Source of the DNA: Bugula neritina
Taxonomy: Eukaryota > Animalia > Bryozoa
Direction: 5' to 3'
NCBI GenBank assembly: GCA_964035545.1
Contig: OZ037765.1
Coordinates: forward strand, 22,443,504 to 22,507,503
Length of the DNA: 64,000 nt
Part shown: one piece after another, positions 53,470 through 64,000 of the stretch
How the letters are laid out: the number at the start of each line of letters is the position of its first letter
Numbering within the stretch: position 1 is the first letter of the stretch
Notes under the pieces: generated by a model
Seen by the model: the letters and a program-made list of their open reading frames with translations, nothing else
Databases searched by the model: none
What the model was told of the DNA's origin: nothing
Made by a program: the position numbers and the translations under genes

Positions 53470-54870
53470 GACCTAGTGTTAGTATTTACCAATACTAATA
53501 GTATTATTATTGCTATTACTATTAGTATTAGTATTAGTATACTATTGGTATTACACTTACTCTTAGTCTTACTAAATAGTATTACATTTACTAGTACTTA
53601 TACTAATACTAATAATAATAGAAATATTTATACGAGGGCGATTTAAAAAGTAAAGATAATTCTACAGTAAGTCAAGTTGTAATCTAGTTAGAGATGTGAC
53701 TTTTTATTTTTTAACATAATTTCCTGGCAAGTCAACACACTTTTGTTATCTTGATACTATCTTCTTAATTATCCCAGTATAAGATTCAGTAGATTAACTC
53801 AGTAAAAATTCACTCACTGTAGTTTTTACCTTGTTATGAGTATTTACGTAAAAGAATAACTCTGGTGTGGAACTTCAAAGCACTAAAGAAATGGTAATTA
53901 GAAGGTGTGAGGTCATGACTGTAAAGTGGATGCTCCAATAGTTCCCAATCTAGTTTGTTGATGGCCTCGATAGTTTGAGTGACAGAGCGTGGCCTTGAAG
54001 TGCCTTGGTAGATATCAACACCATGAGACTGCACGCCTATTTTCTTCTCCTTAATCTCTCTCTACACTTGGATCGAATGCCCTGTTTCAATGGATATGCC
54101 TATTAACTTAGCAATTTCCTCCTAACTGTTACTCTCCCAACTACCCTGACAAAAGTTTCTACAGTCTCCAAATTGGCTGGTTTAGCAGCCTCTTTTGCTT
54201 TTGGCTTACCTGACTGGGTCTATGCTCTAAAGAGGTCGTTGTTTCCTTAAAAGTGTTAGCTCATTTATAAACTCCGTTTTGGTTTAAACAACTGTCACCA
54301 TATTGAGCTCTTTTTCCCCTATAAACTTCACTTGGCATGACTCCCTCATTTGACAAAAACTTGATTACAGCTCTCTGTTCAGCATGTGAGCAAATTTCGA
54401 GTGGGGCTGCCATATCAAATTCAATACACTCTCAAAAAAGAAGTATTGCCTCGAATCTATTGAAATAATACTGTGTAAAGATAACCCCTGAAACAACATG
54501 ATTCTAAAAAATTAGACATATATAAATATCACAATTACATCATGTTTTATAGAGAAATTACCTTTACTTGCTGAATCGCCCTCGTACTAATAGTAATAGT
54601 ACTACTACTAGTAATACTTATACTAATAGTAATAGCTATAGTAATAGTAATAGCAATTCTAATGAACATCACATACTCATAGTGATAGTTTTAGTTTAAG
54701 TTATACTTATAGTTTAAATTTAATTCGTATAATAACATTAATATTGTGATTAACTATAACCATTACTTAACTAATACTATTAGTATTACTTAGTCATTAC
54801 TTAATGCACTAAGTTAGTGCATTACATTTTGATTTAGTTTTACTTTTAGTTTTGTACTGTTTGAAGTTAC
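53470..54870. repeat. Degenerate 6-bp-periodic tract 5 (BORCS6 5' intron), split by the mariner at 53633-54584
   Basis: Left: ATTACT ATTAGT ATTAGT ATTAGT; TTACAC TTACTC TTAGTC. Right: CTAATA GTAATA GTACTA CTACTA GTAATA CTTATA CTAATA. Confidence 0.75.
53633..54584 (-). mobile_element. Internally deleted, decayed mariner transposon (irritans/Hsmar2-like TIR)
   Basis: TA TSD at 53631-32 and 54585-86; TIRs CGAGGGCGATTTAAAAAGTAAAGATAATT vs reverse complement CGAGGGCGATTCAGCAAGTAAAGGTAATT. Transposase relics MAAPLEICSHAEQRAVIKFL (ATG 54413) and WELLEHPLYSHDLTPSNYHFF (cf. HPPYSPDLAPSDYHLF). Confidence 0.92.
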
Positions 54871-55249
54871 ACCTATCAGTCGAGAAAGCCTTGATCCAGA
54901 TTTTAAACTTTAACTTGTGCCTATGGTGCATTATCTATTAACTTCAAGGAAATATGTCGTTATTATCAGGAAATATGTAGTGTAACATAATCATAATGAT
55001 AAAGTAAATGATAAAAATAATAAAAGTTACAGAACAAGGAATAGCTGTATAACGCATAAGCAATGGAAACGCTACATTAGCACTATTCTTCAAATCAATT
55101 AATAAACTGCTAATGGTACCGTTAAGGAAACGCATGTAAAACGCAACGCATCTCTTACTAACCTAAGTAGCATCCGGCCTTTTCTAAACTGCAAGTAAAT
55201 TTTATATTTCATTTTCCTTTTGGTTATTCCCAGGCTTAAAGTAAGCAAA

Positions 55250-55750
55250 CCTAAAACTAAAAGTCATTAGAATGTAAACTTAGTCTGATTGAACTATCTA
55301 GTATTTATTAAATATTATATAACCAATATAAATTAAAGTTAATTGTTTTTGCTTTAATTTATAATAACCCTTAGGCTTATAAATTGGCCAACTTGTACTG
55401 TAACTCACTGTTAGTAACTGTAAGTGTAGTTTTACTGTTTTAGTTTTACTTGTAGTTATACTAATACTTAAATTCAGTTAAACTGTTAAAGTTAAACTAT
55501 TTAAATTTAACTTGAGTTTTAGACTTTGAGCTTAGCCGTATAATTATCATGCTTATCATTACCATTATGCTAAATTTTAATTTATACTTACGATTATCAT
55601 TATCATTATGTTTAACTTTATGATTAGATTATCATTATTATTTATTACTACCAATAAATATTATCATTATTATTATTGTTACTATTAGTATTAAATTTAA
55701 TATAAATAATAATAAACATAGTCATAATGATAATTTTATAGATTCGAATA
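55250..55750. repeat. Degenerate 6-bp-periodic tract 6 (iRhom 5' region)
   Basis: GTTTTA GTTTTA CTTGTA GTTATA CTAATA CTTAAA; GTTAAA CTGTTA AAGTTA; ATTATC ATTATC ATTATG. Boundaries approximate. Confidence 0.7.
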
Positions 55751-57117
55751 TTAATTTAAATAAAAGTCTCACCAAAAGTGAATTATTTTCATTTTCAGTT
55801 TCATTTTGTTGGAAATAATATAAATAATAATTTTAAATATAAAATTAAATCTTAAAAACGATAAAATTGAATATGAGTATTTCAATTTATAATCATATAT
55901 AAAATCAATTCAGTTGTAAGATGAATTTTTAATTTAAAAGTAAATCTATAATCATGCTCACCCACACATGGAGTTTATTTTCCGGTTTAGTTTTACATAG
56001 AATTTGGAATGGACGTTGAATTTGACAATGAGGGTCATGCTATTGTTAAAAGGAAGTTGCAGCAACTTGTGTCAAAAACTACTAGTCTTTTTTACGTTTA
56101 ACTAGAACTTTTTGAAAGCTACCACTAACAAGTGATACTGACGGTAATAACCGCAAAGTTTTCTTAAAAATATACCAGGCAATCTAGAGAAACCAAATAC
56201 CAGATTTAAATTTTAATGGCAATATGGACAAGCCAACTTTGACTTTAGCTCCAGCTAACTTGCTGAATATTACTTTCAAACAGTTTTTATTGCGGCAGGG
56301 GAAATTTACTCATGAGTTTTGTGTCGTGTTCTGTTGATGGCTCTAACTTTAGCATATAACTAGAGAAAGAGTGTATAAGTTAATAAAAAGGTATTGTAGT
56401 ATCAAGGCCTTGTGGTCTAGATTAATGTCTTTGGCATAGTTTTTGAAACTTTTCCATTAAGCAATGCCAACACATTGACTGAATATTGAATTGTTAAATT
56501 CCACCAAGTATTTTTCTAGATATATGAAAACTTACAAAAATCAAACCAGTATTCAACAAAAGTAATCAACTGCTTACTGAGCAGTTGTTGGCATACATCA
56601 TGTATATTTTGACATGTATTGTGCATATATAACACATGCTTGGTTTATATTCTGAGTTCACTTGCTTCACAGTTCATCCGAGCTTCTCAACAAAAACTTA
56701 TTAGATTGCATCTGATCTGATTATCATTGTTATCATTAAATCTGACTTAAATTTAAAAAATATTAAATTCAACTTAAATTTAATCTTTTTAGTCTGCTGG
56801 TCCACTTACAAAACATTCTTAAATGACGCATGCATTTTTGTGCAACTGGAATAAAAAATGATTTGTCAGTTTTATTTTTGGTTAGTTCTATAAAGCAAAC
56901 TAAAAACTGGCATTGAGTTTTTAAGTACACTAACATGAGTATACAAGCATATGGTTGTATGATTAGTATCTAACATGGTTGCTACACAATATATTACCAA
57001 ATAGTTTATTTTTACTGTCTTTAGCAACTTGTATGTAATCAATTATAACTTTATGATCATATTTTATCTCTTTCCATTGATTTCCTTAGTTTCAGATAAT
57101 GTATTAAAGCTTTCAAA

Positions 57118-60100
57118 ATGCCTAAACGCTCAAGTTCTTATGATAACGTACCTAACCCCAACCCACACAGGACCTTGAGGCGAACAGAAAGCAGAGTTGG
57201 TAAACTCAAACGGTGAGTCCCTTAAAAACTGTTTGAACAGTCACCACAGCACTACAAAAACTTGCTAAATTTTCATTAATGAGCAATCAGCTAATATTAG
57301 AAAAGTGTAAATAGGTTCTATGATAAATTCTCAAGTTAAAAGTTTTCACTTTTGTATGCCACAGTCTACACTTAAGTCAGAATAAAAAGCGTGACTTAAA
57401 AAGAACATGTGTTCATTATATTGTATTACATACACTTGCATCGATTTTTTTGATGTATTAACACTTGACATATATGCTCATTAACATGGCTCCATCTGTA
57501 GGATACCAGCATGCAGTTGTTTTATTTAATCTTGAAGCATTGATAGGATTTACCAGCCTTTTATATAGTCTTTGATAATACTCTAAAATAACTATTGGAA
57601 TTTTGTGTAGCCAGTTGAGTCAGGGTGCAGGGGCGTGGCTTGGGCTGTCTGAGCAAGACCAAGGGGATGCCACAACAGACCGGTGGTTACAGAGAAGAGC
57701 GGCGTTACATAGTAAAGGAAGTTTGCTTATTGGAAGTGGCCTTAGCCAGAAATGTAAAAACAAACTAGAATGTCAGGAGGATATAGCCCTACCCACCCCC
57801 AGAGATCCCTTACATAGACCAGGTACTCAGGCATTTGTTATACTAATTGATAGTTTTTCATTCAGCTTTAATCCCTGGTGCTAAGAGTTTTCACTAGCAT
57901 ACAATGTGAAGAATTTTCCTAGTGCTATATTATTATAAATTTAAGACTCCATTTACTACAGTTCTATTCACTCTGTATATTACTTCCTTCCTTGTAAATA
58001 GAAATCTTTACTTCAATACAATTAATATATGACACAAATAATTACCCTTTGATTAATTTATTGTGTGCTGGAGCACAATTTCTTTGCCTTTAATATAAGC
58101 ATGCATGCGTGTGCCACATTGTAGTTGACAAATACTTCTTCTATGTTGTTTCCACTTTTCGAAATAATATTGATGATTTAAATAGTGCCAGTTCAGTCTC
58201 ATTAAACTAGGTTTTAAGTTTTTTGTACTATTGGCAAATTTTGTTTTAATTGTATATAATCATGATATACCAGGTAGTACGTTTTTATTCTAGTCAATAA
58301 GCTGGGTTGGGAGGGTGTTACTTGTTTATAAGTATCAGCTTTTATTAGGTGGTTTTGTCGCTGGAACATGACACAAGTAATATCTATTATGCTAACTTAT
58401 TGATTTTTAGGGTTTTTTTCAGTTTGAAAAGTTTCAATTTGATTAACAATAATGGCACTTTATCTGTGAATTTACACATTATACTTTATAAACTAGCTTG
58501 GATAAAAGTTATGTAAAGTCGTTATACTTGATAATGCTATAAGACCCACAACTAATAATGCATTTCTCCCTATTATCAACACCAGATGTGAGATATACTA
58601 ACATATGTAACTTGCTACAAAAGTAACAAACGTATATTTGGCTCATCAGCTTTCACACTAATACGTAACAATAAAAAGCCAACACAGCATAATGTCTATG
58701 GTACGTTGGGAGCTACTAACACTGATATTTGGTGTGCACTGTCTGCACAGAGACCGGTTTCAGATGGCCTAGTCCAATCACAAGCTCACACCACCTGCAC
58801 CCACCTCGCCATATCCTTCGATCAGTTAGCGAGCAACCAGGTATGATGTGACCTTGTGACCTCTAGATGAAGTTCAAGGAGTCAGCGCGTCGTGTCTTCT
58901 ATATGGTTTACTCTTGCATCGCTTGTCTGTATGTTCCGTTTCATTCTGTTGTGGCCGAGAATTCCTATCTACTTCCTGTGCTCCTGTTACTATGGCAACA
59001 CTTTTAAACATGAGCTGAGGGGTACTGCTGTTGCATGTTGTCTAGAGTTGTCTATTGAGAATGTTCTGGAATGTTGCACGCTGCTGACTTGTTGTGGCGA
59101 CTCGCATGCTGCTCACTAATCCGTTTTCTATCCAGTGCATTTGTTGTCTGAACTCATGTGTACCAATTTAATGTAAGGCTAATATTTGTTGTTCAGTTAA
59201 GAGTACAGGTAGTTTAACTTCCAGGAAGTGAAGTAAAACTTGCATGTCATTCTTATAACTAATATTCTATCAAGTTACAAGTAGGCTGTCATCCTGTGTT
59301 TACATTATGCAGACTAATGCATGATGTGGGTGAAAATTGAAAGACTTACTCCAACGATGACTCCCTGTAGTTTAAACACAGAGTTTATGAGCTAAAATTG
59401 CTATTAATTTCAGCTCTGTTGTATAAATATGTAGCAGAGCTAATATTAAGAGTAACTTAAGCTTGATGATGGTATTATCATCAACCCTACACTGACACAA
59501 TCATTAGTGTCCTAACTTAAACTAAAAACACACCCAACCAGTATATGAGTAACATCTGACCTGCAGTTTACTCTAATCTTCTGAATGCATATACTGTAAG
59601 CATAACCTTCTCATTTTTTATGCATGCAGTATGAGATAATCACATCTCCAGAACTAGGAGTATTATTATTATGCTACTTACTTTGTTTCATTCTGATTAT
59701 TAGACAACCTGTTATAGATATTATTTGTTCAATTTCAGTTAGTTGGTGCATTATGTTATGTTGGTCATGTATTGTACTAACAACTAGTTAGTTTGGTCCA
59801 TCTGCAGAGTTATATATTAAGCTTTACTCATAGGATTCTTAGTAATATAATTACAATTTGATGCATATTATTTGTTATTTTATTTTATACTCAATAGACT
59901 ACAGTCTCAAAGTTTTCTAATTGTCTAATTCATGAAAATTTAATCCCATTACAGTTTATTTTTGCAGATAGTTAAAATATGTGAATTTAATTTTGGAAGT
60001 TGAATTGTGATAATTGAGTTTAATTATGAGTCGAGAAATCTTAGGTCCTATTATCTGTAACGCTTATTTATTTTAGCCAGTAAAATAAGTAAATTTAGTT

Positions 60101-63100
60101 GTTGAACCAGTTACCTTGTTTGCGTAGGGTTTGCATAAAGGAAATTTGACCAGGTGTAACAGTACAACCATTTTTTCTGAAGGTAGAGCACATGTTAATG
60201 ATGAGCCAGGCGGTCTCAGTAGACCCTTATCACAGTCCAGTGCTATCACTCGTTCCTCTATGGGCACAAGACGTAGAAATCTATACAAAAAGGATTCTGT
60301 GGCCAGAATAGCCATAGACAGTTTATCACTAGCTTTGGTATGTGTTTTTTAATTATAGATTAGTACATCTTACTTCAATCCTGTAGTAAATTGAAATTTT
60401 GTTACTTGAATTAGCACTTCTGATGCAATGAAATACTATGTGTGTATGTTTTTATTATGAACTATTTTCATTTACAAATTTGTATACTTTTGGTGGCTGA
60501 TAGGATTTTAACTAGCTAAAGTATGTAAAAAAATATTTCCAACTAAAGTTTAAAACAACTAGTTAATACCTTTTGTCTAACTAGTATATTTGATGCGTTG
60601 TATCAATTGTGTCACGATTTTCTTCAACTCAGGGGTTTAGAAATCCAGACAAAGCCAAGAATCGTTTGTACAGTGTACAGAGTAGAAGCTTACCTCCAGC
60701 TAGCATACCTGACCTGCCAGAAGCTGTAGAGATAGAGACTATACAGGAAGAAGATAGCTTAGACGATGAAGTGTTCTTTGATAACAAAAGTCACGGAACA
60801 TCTGCTCTTGACCTCAGGGTCAACCTGGCTGGCGGAGATCTGGTCGCAGCAGGAGCTCTTCCTCGTATAGACGCTTCCCAAGTTGCTGATGTTTCCACGT
60901 ATGATACTTTAGATTTTCACTTCTGGGTCTTTTATTTCATTAGGAAAATGTTTCCTTTTTATTTCTAGAGCATGTTTTTAACAATAACTTTCACTTACAC
61001 GTCTGAAAATTTATTGAAAGTGTCTAGAGTTAATGTCTTCAATTTGGTACTGGTTTTTGTCTTTTTGAATATTCTTCCTATATTATGCTACCTTACTGTG
61101 AGTTTTATTTTTCAATTCGAAAATTTATGTTGGCCAGTGCATAAATGCGAGTAGAAACAAAATTAATCTATAAATACATTACATTATTCTGCTTGAATAC
61201 AAATCATTCCAGTGAATTATTGAACTTTTTGCAGCCGACCAATGGCCAGTGGGTGGAGATCCAGTGTCAAACCAAAGCCACCACTTCCTGGAACTCCAGG
61301 AGTGGCTCTTGATCAACCAGATGGCTTCAAGTTCCCCACCAGGATAGTGGATCAAGTAACGGCTACTGTGTTAGGTATGTATGACGTGATGTGGTGGAGT
61401 ACATTGAAGGTAGACTGGTGCGAGATTGTAACACTATTTATTGGTTATATAGTAAATAACTGGAAAGATTTGTGCGTACAGAATTGAAAAAAGATATTGT
61501 ACCAAAGGTTTCATTTAAATGCAACAGTTAATATTAAACTATTAGATTTCTTTTCATTTAAGTCAAACAGTTGTTCCACTAATCTAGATGTGATGATATA
61601 GAGGGAAATCATAGTTTAATAATTTTCTCAACACCCTTACATTCGCTTTTTTAAAAGAAAAACCAGGCAAAAGGCGATTTGGTGAGGGAATTATAGGTAG
61701 ATTATTCCATCGAGAATTGAAAGATTATGATGTGGAAGTCAACGTGAAAGATCAGCTTGAAGACCTCCATGATCACAGGCAGGTTCACAAGCAAGACTTA
61801 TAACTGTTATTACACGGAGAAACCGTTTGATTAATTGACTGTTTTAAATATGTTAACTAAGTTTCAAAACATTGCACTTATTTCCACTCAAATGTTGTGA
61901 ACCTATTTTTTAAAAAAATATGAAGTTGTTGCCCACCACATTATTAATTGCTTGGTACTATATTAAGACTTCTAGCAATGTGTAGACGAGTGTTCACTGT
62001 GTTGCAGGCCCTACTTCACCTACTGGATAACATTTGTCCAGATAGTAGTGTTCATTGTGTCTATATCTGTGTTTGGTATTGCCCCCATTGGTGTCAGTAA
62101 TAAAATCACCAACCAAGACGTGCTGGTCACCGCCCTCTACCCAAAGACTATCCCCTTTAAGGAGCCCGAGAACTTCTGGATTGGCCCACGTCAGGTATGA
62201 TGGTCCTTCATGCATTTCAATGTTTTTATATAAAAGTTATATTGTGTTATATTGGTGGTGCATGAAGGTTTCTTGCAATTTCTAATGATTGTTTATCAGT
62301 TTGGTTTTTTGTCAACACTTTTAAGCAGGCTCAAGCAATTGGGCAGTATAGGTAATGCTTTAGATGTGTCAAATAGGTCTCCAAACTGCCCAACTCTTCC
62401 AACTGCATTAACTTTAGGTTCTACTAAATTAAGAAGGTCTATCGCCATGTAGCTGCTTTTAGAATTTTATGTAATTTATTGTGTCAAGTTGAGTTTAAGC
62501 TATTTTTCCTAATTTCACAATTAGTTTAACATTTATTGTACCACACACATCATAGATAGCATTTACATACTATACATATATCATTTCATTTGGTATTTTC
62601 CGTTATAAGGCCTTTTTAATATTCATGGTGATGTGAGCTAAATAAAAATATTACCAAAGCAACCGTTATGCTAATACTGAGAATGAGTGTGGTTAATTTA
62701 CTATTAGATCGACTTGATACATCTGGGTGCCAAGTTTGCGCCGTGTATGAGACACGACCCCAACATCGCTGACCTTCACCGTAAAATCCTGGAGAAGGAG
62801 TCTACGACCGCCTGCTGTGTCTATACTGATAATAGTGGCTGTTTCCAGTCCAGTAAAGCAGACTGCAACGTGAGTATTGTTGCTCTACTTTGGGGCCAGT
62901 AAGCTGTATGCAGGGGAATGCGTTTTATATAAAGAAAAATGCCCCTAATTTGTTCGGGGAGGGGGAAATGTAAATTGTAGATCATATGTAATTAGTCCGT
63001 GAATGAGTCAGTTTAAACGTAGTTTTACACTTTTTCTTAGATAAAAATATGTATTTTCTCATTATATTAGTAATGTTTATACTAAACAGATACATTGTAA

Positions 63101-63803
63101 TGACAATATTTATTTGCTACTGGTGGTGTTGTTTCTGTTTAGCAATTCAGAGCAGATTGGGTGAAGAAGGACCCCAACCAGCCCTCAGGTACCGTGTGCG
63201 GTCAAGACCCCGCCTGGTGTCTGTCTCCCAAGGGGTCCGAGTGGTCTGATAACATCACAGAGTGGCCTGTAAGTATATGAAACTAATTTAGTGTTAAATA
63301 GTTGTTAATACCTCTACTCTCTCCTAAAATCACAAAACAAGATGTCTTCATGAATTTACGTCATAATATTGTTTCAGCTTCAAGCTATATAGAACTAATT
63401 TCTTCAATAGCTTGTCTTTTGCTGAAGTTTCAATAAAAATTGTACAACTAGGCATATGGAATTGTCTAATTATTTTTAAATGACTTCAACTATCAGTTCT
63501 GTTGGTCATTAAACAATTTGTAATAAAATAGTCTAACAGTGCTCACTAACATACATAAAACTTTTGAAAATTTATTTTGAAAAAAATTTGAAAAATGAAC
63601 TTGCAGTAAGCTATAGCCTATCTAAATCACAGGTCTGTAATGAGAAGACCGTTGATGGCCCTTCAAAAGACACTCACATGAAATGCAACATTCTCTCTCG
63701 GCCATGTTGTATTGGGGTTAAAGGTGAATGTCAGTTGCTGACTAAAGAACACTGTGACGCTAAGCGAGGCTACTTCCATCCGAATGCCACGCTCTGTTCA
63801 CAG
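57118..63803 (+). CDS. RHBDF1: Inactive rhomboid protein (iRhom), 5' part; continues beyond the window
   Basis: Exons 57118-57212, 57611-57822, ~58764-58840 (uncertain), 60128-60337, 60633-60898, 61235-61374, 61658-61778, 62008-62194, 62708-62869, 63143-63268, 63633-63803. Motifs GAGAWLG..W..RR, DDEVFFD, DHRPYFTYW, NFWIGP, DLIHLGAKFAPCMR, CGQDP, DNITEWP, RPCCIGVKGEC, GYFHPNATLCSQ. The RHBDF1/2 label is not resolvable. Confidence 0.93.
58986..58999. promoter_or_regulatory. RFX X-box motif within an iRhom intron
   Basis: GTTACTATGGCAAC is a full palindromic match to the RFX X-box pattern, inside a GC-richer intronic block (58860-59130). Confidence 0.45.
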
Positions 63804-63816
63804 GTTGGTATATTCA

Positions 63817-63915
63817 TGTATGTATATATAATACATACATATACATATATATACATATATTCATATATGTATATATAATACATATATATACATATATTCA
63901 TATATGTATATATAA
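63817..63915. repeat. (AT)n/(ACAT)n-type microsatellite in an iRhom intron
   Basis: Repeated ATATATACATATATTCATATATGT units. Confidence 0.85.
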
Positions 63916-64000
63916 TCTCAACTCGACTATCAATGGCCAAATCAAAACTAATTCATTTTTAACCTGGTTTATTATGTATTTGATATTATTATATAATTAT

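Noticed and set aside
1-64000. CRISPR arrays, rRNA or prokaryotic operons
   Set aside because: None seen; the window is spliceosomal eukaryotic DNA and the periodic tracts have no repeat-spacer structure.

Overview
AT-rich, intron-rich animal (probably invertebrate) nuclear DNA; the species cannot be determined from the sequence. Manual splicing recovers the first coding exon of a probable IGBP1/Tap42 (-), complete ZFAND4 (+), TMEM65 (-), TBC1D10-like RabGAP (+), a secreted pancreatic-lipase-family enzyme with no lid and no PLAT domain (+), three Ser/Thr/Arg/Lys-rich ORFs I cannot assign, BORCS6/lyspersin (-), and the 5' part of iRhom/RHBDF (+, runs off the window). Mobile DNA includes a 5'-truncated LINE, an internally deleted mariner, a tRNA-derived SINE and several MITE-like palindromes. 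The six conserved genes form three head-to-head pairs. The most unusual signal is a 0.5-1.2 kb tract of degenerate 6-bp-periodic DNA just downstream of the inferred 5' end of each of these six genes; I did not see such tracts at the lipase or the unassigned genes. Gene identities come from recalled motifs rather than database searches, and TSS positions are inferred.
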